Positions 20,187 through 32,100 of a DNA stretch of 59,207 bases are shown one piece after another (the first letter of the stretch is position 1; each line of letters begins with the position of its first letter). The translations under genes and the position numbers were made by a program. Below the pieces are notes generated by a model. That model worked only from the letters and a program-made list of their open reading frames with translations, made no database searches and was not told the origin of the DNA. The DNA is from Candidatus Onthoplasma sp. (lineage in GTDB: Bacteria > Bacillota > Clostridia > Christensenellales > UBA1242): assembly GCA_045126575.1 (NCBI GenBank), contig JBGVOQ010000009.1:1-59207 (forward strand), read 5' to 3'.

Positions 20187-23100
20187 ATGTTTAAAAGAAT
20201 TTTAAAGATTATCGGATTTGTACTACTAGGATTTGTAGTGGTAATTGGCGGCGTGCTTGGATTTATGGCTATACGAGGAGATTTCAAGGAAAAGGAAATA
20301 TATCCAACAGCGCTTAAGTTTGCTTATGGAAATTCGCAGGAGGCTATAGACTTGTCGCAGCCTATTGAGTTGCTTTTTGATGTTAAGTCAGAAATCGGAT
20401 CGAAAAAGAAAATTTATACTTTTACGGTTATGGCAGACCCAGTAGATGTAAATCAATTAGCGTGTACTGTTGAACCGAATTATCCTAGTTTAATCACATT
20501 TAAGGAATGGGTAAACAATGAATGGGTGGATTATAAGTCAAACACATTCTATATAAACAAACCTATTTTCTTTGAACTTAACGATGTTACTGAAGAAAAT
20601 GTTGATGACTACTATGATGGCGTTTTAAGATTTAAAGTTATTGATAGTTCCAATATGTTAAATCAAACAATAGCGTTTGAGGTTGACCGTGCTATAACCA
20701 GTATTGCATTTAAGGATACAAAGTCTTCAAATAACGTAATCACAAATGGTTTGTTTGCGTCAGATGGTGGTAAGTACGATGGTGAGACTGTTCAATACTT
20801 GGAAGCGGTGCAAGGTCAAGACTATCCACTAGAAGTTATCACTGCTCCACTTAAGGCAGTTAAGCCGTTTGAATCGGTTGATGCTAAAACGACTGAAATT
20901 TTCTATATGGAGCAAGGACAGCCTAAGATGTTGGTCTATGATGAAGAGAATGACAAGGCTGTGCTGGAATTTTATGGAAATGAAGGTGTAGAGCGTGAAG
21001 ATTGCAGTTTTATAAAATACGACAAGGTTAACAAACACTTTGTGCTTAACTCTAGTAATTCTGGCAAATATGAGTTTATGTTGGCAACCTATGCTACATA
21101 CGATATTCAAGCCCAGATACAAACTCAGGCAGCTGAACAAGGCCTTTCGTTTGTTGAAAGATTAAACTTGAACGATTCTGTGTACAAAATGTTGACTAAA
21201 AAGGTTGAAATTACCGTTAGTGGAACAGATGCTCAAAATATTGAGTTTGAGGGTGACGTAAATAGTATTGGTTTAAATTTGTTGAAGGGAAATACAGTTT
21301 TGGTAAACAATCCATTGGATACCGAAAATTATAATCTTGGACTTACATTAACCAAGGCTAATAGCGGTGTAGAAATTACTGGTCGCTACAACGAGTTGGC
21401 GTTTATTGATGAGAATAGTTTTACAGATTCTATCAATTGGAGTTTTAGGCGTGCGAAAACTCAATCAACAGATAATCAAATAGAAATTGTTACAGATAGT
21501 ATTGGAAATGTGCAATTCGAAGACAAACGTATAGAAATTAGTTTGTACTACAAGAGTATAAATGGTGAAAACGTTGCAAAAGCGTACATCTCTAATATCC
21601 CTAATGTTGAGGATGGTGAGTATAATGCAACATTAACAGAAAATGCCGGGGTATATACATTAACCATCACTTCAACTCAAGATGTATCAATACAATTCAA
21701 TGCGGACAGTAGTGCAGATGGTGGTACTGGTAAATTCCTAACAATTAACAAAGAGACATTTGATTATGTGAAGAATACTAACTTAGGCAAGATTACGGTA
21801 GGCAATAGCGGCGAGTATTATATTGATACTTATGGCGCAGGTAAAATGGTGCTAGATGGATTTGTTAATGGTAGCAACACGGATTATAAATTTAAATTCC
21901 TACGTCCATACAGTGCGGATTTTGGCGGCGGTATGTATCTTGCAATCTTGGGTAAGAAAGCGGATGAGTCAGGCTTATATGAATTGATTAATAATAAGTT
22001 TATAACAAAGATTAAGTATTACGGTGCTAACAGCATAATTAGTATCACTCCAATTGATAGCGATTTGGTAACCGAAGGAACTAATAGTGCGGTGTATGAA
22101 GATATACAAATACGTGCAATTATTGTAAATGCTGACGGAAGTTGCGCCCACACTGAGAGTTTTAGAAAAATTATTGTTAGAAAGAATGTTACCAATATTC
22201 AAATACCTGAAACAAATGTTAACTTGGCTATTAATATTAAAGAAAATAAATTAGACTATTCAAGTACTTTAGACGTTGCAAATTTGGTTAAGCTTGCAGA
22301 TGAAGAAGGCAGCTACAATGCTATTGCGTTGTTTGTGAAAGGTACTGACGTTGATGTGTTTGATAAAGTTAATAAGCCTACATCACTAGATGAATTGGCA
22401 AGCTTGTACGTTAGTGCTGAAGGTAAATTTGTGCCAGCTACTGACCTTAATGCGGATAATTATTACATGCCAAAGGTTAAGATTGTACATGATATCACTA
22501 TTACAAGTGGTGAGGAAACATTCTATCTAGTTGGCTTTATGCAAGAGGTGAGTGGCTCAACTGATACTGAGTTTGTAAACAAAGTTCAAGCAAATGTAAA
22601 AAATGAAGACACCAAGTTATACCCTGTGGTGCTAGAAACGGAGTTTGTTGATGGCGAGTTGCAAACAGTTGAAGAATTTGTGAAATATGTAATTAAGTAT
22701 AACAGTAATCCTGGTAATACTGAGCCATATGTCATAAAACATCAATTTAAGGGTGCAAGTGATACTACTTCAATTACGCTAAACAGTAATTACAATATTA
22801 GCGCTAATGGAATATTAACTGGAAGCATTGCTGGCACTTACTTTGAAAATCACGACAATGTGAATTACAAAGGAACTGAAACACTAGCAGATGATGAATA
22901 TAGCATTATACCAGGTCATGCAAACCTTAACTTAAATTGGGATGGAAGTAAAGGTGACGAAATTGCAAATGCTACTACTCAGATTACTTTAACACTTGAT
23001 CACGAAAAGGAAAACGAGTTTGGCGCAGCTTTATTAGGGAAAGTTTCGGTTGTTGCTAAACTATATGATAAAGATGGTAACTTTATAGGCTATGTTGATG

Positions 23101-26100
23101 AAGATGATATTAAAATTGAGGAACTGTCAACTTCAAATACCGCCCTTACACATGAATTTACCGTTTCAGGTAATTACAAGTTACCAGAAGGCCAATATGT
23201 TAGATTTGAATGGTCGTATGGTGGTAACAAGATTGCCGAAAGTCAAAAACTTATAATTTTATCACGTGAACTAAAGGGTTATAAGTTGGTTGTAGGTGAG
23301 GCTGAATTTGATAAGGATTCATTACAGAGCGGGGATATATCATTAAATGTAGTAATTGGATATAAAGATGGTATAAAATACAGTATTCAAGTAAAAAATG
23401 ATGACGGAGTAATAGCTACAACTGACGCTGCTGGATTATTTAATTTAATTAGCAATAACGGAATGATTAAACCAGATCCATTCTATGCTGAGAGTGCCGA
23501 CTTTGCTATTAGCGCAGTGCCAGATAATATAAGTTTTGATATTGCAAGCAAGACAATTACTTTTGCACAGAATGGTGCATCTGGTAAATTTGAGATAACA
23601 AATATTCAAAATGCCGCTACTAATTTAAGCTTTAATACAACGGTTACAGCGGACGCAGAATTTACATTTAATATTGACGGCGCTGCTAAAGATTCCGAAG
23701 AAATTAACTATACGGTTAGTGACGTGGTTGGTTTATCATACACCATCAAAGATGCATACAAGTACGGCGATACAGATTTAACTAAATTGCTAGATATTAG
23801 TATTGATGAAGATGAGTTTGAATTTGGTTCAATTAGCGATAACTATACGGTAATTCAAGATAAAAATGGTAATGACCAAATAGTGTCTATAAGTAATAAT
23901 GACGACATCTTGGTAAGGATTACGCAGTCAGAGTCAGACGATACATGGACAATTACACGTACTAAATCTAGTGCTATGACCGTTAAGTTAAATATTAACA
24001 CCGTATTGGGTAAACGCACATTAACAATTGACTTTACAAGTGACCACGACGAAGATCAGAACTATAACAATAAAACTACAACAATCTATGCTGGTACTAC
24101 CTTTGTAATAGCAAGTACTGATAGTGCAGCAACTGGCTCATTATTGCAACTTAAAGCGACCAATGGTACATATGAGATTAAAACTCAATACGATACAGAA
24201 GATGATTATGTGACAATAACACAAAGTGCAACAATGATTAACGATGTTAATATTCCTGTATGGAGCTTTGAGGTTAAAGATGTTACATCACTTAAAAAAG
24301 ATGTAGAGTTTGAGGTCTATTATCTCAGCAGCGGTACGGCGAGTGGTAAAGGAGAATACCTTTTCTCAATATGGTTAGATATTGCGCCTAATATGTTTAT
24401 CAAGGATAGGGTTAATGATCTTTACGCATTGGACGATTATAGCAACAATACATATGATTTGGAAGAATTTGAGGTGTATGAATATGACACTTCAGACACT
24501 TATTATTCATATGACCCAAGTAAGGCAAAGAAAGTTACAAGCGGAATATCGTATTCAGCTGAAACTTATGAGGATTACGAATGCACAACCGCAAACGGAA
24601 TAAATATTGCAAGCGAAAGTGGTGGCACACTTAAAATTAATAGCCCAGTAAGTGTGGCAGACGAGTACTATGTACTGGTTACAGTTGAGTCAGGTAATAC
24701 AACAATTGGACATATCAAGTTCCAAGTAACCACTAAATCGGATGTGGTTAGCAAGGATAACGATAAAGTTGAAGATATTGTTATTACCTCTGCAGGCGAA
24801 CAATCATCGGATAATTCTGGCACAAAATTCACATTAGCCGACTTACAACAAATGTTCAACTGGTCAAGAGATGGCAAGATTTATTACTACAAGGCAACTG
24901 CTTGGGCAAAAGATAAAATATATAAACTTGAAAACAATGGAACTTATACACTAGTAACTAGTAATATTAAACCAAATGATTTTGATTCAGCAAACCACTA
25001 TTATCGCAAAGCGGAGTTGACTGATGTGTTCTGGCTAAACAATGCGGATAGTAATTTGGAAATAGTGTATACATATAACAATAACACTATTGATAACACG
25101 GAAGATGATCAAACTATTACTCAAGTAGGCAATACATTAAAGCATGATGGTAATAGTTATACATACAAAACAACGCAATACTTTGGCACGACATATGCAC
25201 ATATATTTGAATTAACTCAAGGTACTGAATTAACTCAAGGTACTGAAACTACCTATATTGCATTAACTATTGACCAAAGTGGTAGCAAGCAATTGTATAA
25301 GGCAACATTTGAAGGTGGTAAGTATGTATTAGGTGCTAGTACTGCATACACAGGATTTAGCGGTATAACATTTAAGTACAATAGTTTTGGAACACTAGAT
25401 GCTGAAACTGGCTTTGTAGGCACAGTGGAATTTGGCGCAGATTTGGTATTTGATGATGAATTAATTAATAATAAATTAATAGTTAATGATAATAAATATA
25501 CTATTAATGTTAAACCTTATATTGTAAATCCAACTAAACAGAATGTAGAAAGTGGAACAGATTATACCTTGTACGCATACGCAGATACAAGTGCAAGTAC
25601 TGATGACTTATTCTACATTAAGGGTGATAGTAATATAAAAGCAATTTCATTTAGCTGGAATGCTAGTGATAGTTATGTGATTACCGAGGACAAGACTAAC
25701 AAAAAATATTCAATCAAATTTAATAACAATGGAAACTACTACAATGTGGATATCCCTGTAACGGTTACCTATGAAAACAATACTACTTACAGTTACAATG
25801 TGACATTTAATGTTAAAAACAGCGTATCTGTCAACATAACATATCCATACTTTGTGGATAACTCAAAAACGGATTACAAATTTACCGAATCAATTAGTGT
25901 TTTAAACAAGAGTATGTTGGCGGACGAAACTGTTCAAGATATTTACACCGACTATGCTAATTGGAGCGAAATAAGCGGTAATATCCCATACGATTTGGCA
26001 TTGGCTGGCGATACAATCAAATTAACCAGTGATTCAATGCGTGGTAACTTTGCTAGATATAGCGCAAGTGGTAAAGCTATTGGAACTATTCAACTGGTGG

Positions 26101-29100
26101 CGGTAAACTCTTCACTTGCCAGTGTGCAAAATATTGGATATTACGTAACTTGCAACAATGGTTCAATTAAATTTGCTAATGCATTTCCAACTACAGGATA
26201 TATGCTATTTAGAGTGTACGCACAAGGCACAGGCCAAATGGATGCTAATAGCCAGGAAATTGAATATACTGGCGCATACGGCTATTATTTAGTACGTGTG
26301 GTTAGCGATAAAGCGTTTACCAATGTGTTGTATAATGGTGGTAGAAACAACCAAACAAAAGCAGTGGTTGTAAATAGCGATAGTATTAAGCTATTATATA
26401 ATACTGATAATACTGACGATACAGCTATTGATACAGCTATTGATAAAGAGTTAATTGTACAATCAGCACTAAATATTAACGATGCATTGATTAATGACAG
26501 CTACTCAAACGTATCGCTATTTATAATAAGTAGTGATAATGGTGCTGTTAATTTTGGAACTGAAACTTATGCAAACGGACAATATATTCCAAATGATACA
26601 ACATTACCACAAAGCACAGATAACGCTATTCAAACTATTAAGGTGGCAGTGGTTATAGAATACGGCTTGTCAATAGTACACGTATCTAATATCGAATTAA
26701 TATTACAACCAAATATAAAGGTTGATATAAATCAAGATACAAACATGGATGACGTTGTTGATAAAGAAGACTACGTTGTTACAGATAAAGATGCGGATAA
26801 ATATATCTACGAAACACGTATCGACTACGATAGGTCAGCCCCAGAGAAATTAATTGAAGTAGGCAATTTCTTTACAGTTACCGATTGGTATGACGAAGAC
26901 GAAGAAGAAACTCCTACAAAGGCTTACGATTTCGACACTATTAAATTTGTTGATAACGTAGATGATATAGTTGATAACGTAGATGATATATCTAATGAAT
27001 ATATTGTAATTAACAAGGATTATATTGTAATTAACAATAATATGCCTCATAGTGATAATGTTAAATTTACCGATAACAAGTTAGAAGTAATATTACCTAA
27101 TGGAAATCCAATGGAAATTGGCACTATTTCAACCAATGAACTTACACAAACCAAAGAACTTAAACTAACCAAAGCGGTAAGTGAGGAAGTTAATTTCTAC
27201 TTACAATTAACATATGCTCCTGAAGTAGTTGCTGCAAGTAATAATACTACAGATAACACAGTAAATGTTTATCTACACGTAATCATTAATCCATTTAATA
27301 TAAATAAAAATGTTACTAGCGCAGAGGTAGGCAAATATGATGGTGGAGCCTTCAACAACGACTTTGATGTAACCGAGTTGTTTAAAGGCTATAAGGGTAA
27401 TTATAAATATAAGAAAACCGGTGATTCCGACTTTGGATCTGAGATATCGGCAGCGACAACCACTAACATCTTATTCACTCCAGAGGAAAAAGAATTTACA
27501 ACAACATTAACAATTGTGCTTACGGACGTGGCTCCTAACATTCCATGGGAGGTTGCAATTACGGTTAAACCTAACATTGAGCCAGTGCGAGATGAGGCAA
27601 ACAATGGTTCTGATGCAAACAATCCAGCGCTATTGAAATATGTAGATAATTCAACAATCGTAGGTCTAGCAGGAAGTCAGTTGACAGTTGTGTTAAGTCA
27701 AGATAGTATTGCAATCAAACAAGATAGTAGTACTAATCCATATTTAACTATTAATGTGGGTGCTATTAATGTGGGTACTGGTAATGTGGGTACTGGTAAT
27801 GTGGGTGCCGGTAATGTGGGTCCGGGATATACAAAGGTTGAATTTACTTTAACTGATGTTCAAGGCAATGCATTGCTAGATGATGATGGCAAAGCGTTAA
27901 ATTACTTTGTAGATGCTGGTGATCCTGACAATAATATCGATCCAACTACTCTATGTTCTAAGACATTTGAATACCCTCAACAAAGTACACCAACTTTACA
28001 ATTTGTACACAGTGCAAGTGATATAACACTACGTTTGCACATTAAGGTGTTGAAATCAACTACCGTATCAGGAGAAGATGAAGTTAAAACTTACTATGCT
28101 GACGAATTTGATATGTATATCGAGTTATCAAAAACATATGAGTTGACTTCGAAGTATCGTGTAGATGGTGCAACCTTTGAAACCAGGGTAGAAGGTAAAT
28201 CTTTAACTCTATCAAATGTGACCACAGGTGCTGACGTTGACAATCACTTCCTAGGCACCGATAGCAATGGTACAATAGAACACGTGCATGGTTCACGTAT
28301 TGGATACAAAGTAGTAAATGACAGTGGTGTTTTAGGAGACGTTGCTTACGGATATGATAACTTAGTGAAGTTGGGCTTGTTAGATAATGCAAATCCAAAC
28401 AAACTAATCTACGTACAAGATACTCCAAATGGTAATGAAACAATTGAAGGCAAAGTTGATTTTGTTTCAACCAATAGCAGATTTAACTTGTATCTAACCA
28501 ATAAATTGGGTGTAGATTTAACTTATGCATTCCAAGTATTTAGCGAGGAGGCAGACTTTGGCAAGTTTACACTTAACTCAAACTTAGTTACATATAAAGC
28601 TGCTGGCAAAATTACAATTTCGGCTAAGTATAGCGATTTACCTGGCTTGGAATTGGGATACTTAAATTACGGACCTAACTATCAATTTGATGATATAGAC
28701 ACTATTGGTCAGTTAGATGGTTTGGTGGCAGATGTTAATGTGTCTGGCTCAACCGGAAGTGGAGCTCTTGAGTTTGGCTACGAAGCGTCTGCTGGTAGAG
28801 GATATATTAGGGTTATCGATTGGCCGGATACAGCAAACCAAGTTTACACTTGGACGCTTAAGGTGATTACTATGAACGGTGTGTCGGCTACCTACACATT
28901 AACGGTTGCTAACACAGTAATAACCTATGGATATGGCACATTGTACGAAACTGCTTATGCCGGTGGCGAAATTGGCAAGCTTAGCGAGAAATTGCCTGAC
29001 CGTGTAAATGGTTCACCTCGTTTAAGTATTACAGTTAATGGTGCTCCATACACAGGTACTAATTTGGAAAATATACTTGAATATCAAGGCGCATACAAGG

Positions 29101-32100
29101 GCCATGCGGGATATCAAGGCCGTGAATATGATTATAAAAAGGGTGATACTAGCGGTACAATCTATTATGATGACACTAATAAGGTAATCAAATCTCGTAG
29201 CGTAAATACTACAACAAACGTAACAATGATATTTAATGTTAAAATAACTACAACTGATACAGTTACTGGAACTCCTACTACTTCAATTGTTGGTGTTGTA
29301 GAATACAAGATTAGATTGCTTAACAATATTGCTATAGAATGTAGCAATGGCACGTACGGCGCTCATCCAAATATTAATCAACTAGATGTGTATTTGGGTA
29401 CGGAGAGAGGTACTGATAACTATACAATATCTGATGGAACTACTACAATTGATTTATTGGATACTAATACGGCTAACAACTTCTATATCAAACTATATCG
29501 CTATTCATATCAAAAAGGTGTAGCGGTTGCATCTGATTTGGATTTGACTTCAACTGACTTTAGCCAACACCTAAGATTTACTATTACAAAAGTAAACTTG
29601 GATAAGGGTAACAACTATGAAGTAGATAATGATGTTATTTCCTTTGGAGAAGATGCTGGACACAACCAAAATGGTACGTTGGTTATCAAGGGTAACCCAA
29701 GTGGCTCGTTTGTGTTGATTGTGTCATCTACAACGGTCAACGGATACTATATTAGCATTCCTGTATACTTGCACAAGTATGACCAAACTGTAGCCGTATA
29801 CAACAATAAATTAAATACAGGCTTTAGTGGTAGCGGAATTGATTCGGGCGACACAATCAATCTGTTTGAAACTACTTCAAGCGGAGCATCTAACTTAGGT
29901 GGTTCTGCATTTGTTGTAACTCGTATAGGATATCAAAATACAGGAACAGACACCAATATCAAGCATTCAACCAAAGTAACACCTTTAACTCAATATTATA
30001 CTAATGGTACAGTTGTCGAAGATAGTACTGATAATAATATAGCCCTTGAATGTAAAATGAAAGTGTTTGACAGCACTACAAGTTTGGCTGATATTAAGAA
30101 CGATTCATGGGATAATTCTACACCTATTACGCTAAAAAATGGAAGTGACTATCTATCCAGTGTAACCACAGTTGCACCTCAAGTTAATGCTGCGGTGGCA
30201 TATCAAATTGTGGCATATCGCTTAAAGGTAACATTTAATGATGATTCAACTAATGATGATTCAACTTACGGCACAGATTACTACTATGCGTTCTACAAAG
30301 TGGTTAGCGGACAAAAGATAGAAGTTAACGACTACTACAAGAACAACGGCAAGGTTATTACATTTAAGGAAAAACCTACTAATACTGCTAACAGCAAGGA
30401 AACTTGGTCTAAGGTTGATACGAGTGACCAACTAATAATTATGGGTGCAGACGGTATGTATGCGCTTAATAAGAGTAGTAGCTTGTATCTAGGTTCAGCG
30501 AACTACGAGTTGAAGTTGCAGGTAATTACAAGCAATGGAAAAGCTGTGGACGAGGGAACTCGCACCGCAACAATCACAAATCTTAATACAATAACTGGCG
30601 ATTCGGAAGGTATTATTGGTGAAATTACACTTCCAGATAGTGTAACAAACCTATTTACCACGGAGGCGGAAATTAAACTAACAATCAAAGTCAAGGAAGC
30701 TGCCGAGGTCTATGAGTTTGTTGTTTTAGAAGGTGAAAGACCTAAAACATTAGAAGAGTTAGAGACGGATGACAGAAGACCATTCTTCGACATAGATGGA
30801 AATCCAATTATTAGCCCAAGCTATACTGGCGAGTGGTATGTTCTTGGCACCAATAATGCAGGAGCAACTGTTGGCTCTACTAACCTTTCTAGTGGTATGT
30901 ACTATTTGAAGGAAGGTGATGCTTACAGACGTATCACATCTAAGGATGTTCTGTTGGAAGATACTTGGACACTAAAGGCTAGCGATAGTGTTGAAGCTAA
31001 AGAAAGGGTTCGTTTGGATAAATTCTTCCTACAAAGCGAAATTGGAAATCAAACCTATTATGATACTAAGATTATCGGTATAATGAAATATGCTGATACT
31101 AATGGGTTAATTGATGCTGATACTGATATAGTTAATGAAGATGAAATTGACGATAATTACAATAATATTGCCGATAGTTACGAATCTATAATAAGCAAAT
31201 TAAATGGATTCATAAGCACTGATGCTAAGCCAATAGCTATTATTCCAGTGGTAAAATTATTGAATGGTAAGTACATGCTATGTAAGGTTGAATATGAGGG
31301 TTCATCAGGTGATGGGTCTACAATATGTGATGTTAAGGCTTGGCACTATGTTTTGGTTGGAGATACAGATACTGCAATGAGCCTAAAATTAACACAAGAC
31401 TATATCAACCTAACAATTGACGATAGCGTGATGAAAGATGCAGATGGTAATTTAACTAGCGATGCTACAATTGATTTATCTAAATATGTAACAGTGTATG
31501 GTTATGAACCTAGTGGTGTGGACGAAAATGATGATGGCGTAAGTGATTACTATTTTAAGCCGCAAGATTTAGGTAGTATTACATTGAAATATTATAAAAA
31601 TGAAACAGAAGGATATGTTTCAGTTCCTGCAACTATTGATAAAGCAACAATGACATTTGCAGGCAATAAAATTAAACTGGCTGGTGTAGATAAGTTAACA
31701 TCAAATCAATCGGTTAATATTGAGATTACTGTTAATGGAATTAGCCGTAAAATCGAACTATACTTTAACATTGTTATTAATGCTAAGGCTGAGGAAGATG
31801 TGTATGACTCTACTAGTGGTAGGTTCTACTACAATCAAGACGTTGTAGATGCAATAGATGCTAATAATGGCAACGACATTGAAGCAAGTGGCAGCCTAAA
31901 AAGCACATTGTTAGGACTAATAAACTACAATGGTGAAAGCATCACAGCGAGCCTTGCTGAAAAATTCAGTGTAAAGGTTAAAAATGATATTGCTAATAAC
32001 TGCTTAACTATTACTTACACATACACCTACACCTCAAATACTTCTTATATTAGAACATTTAAGATGTATGCTGGCATTAAGGCAAACTCACTTGTTGATG

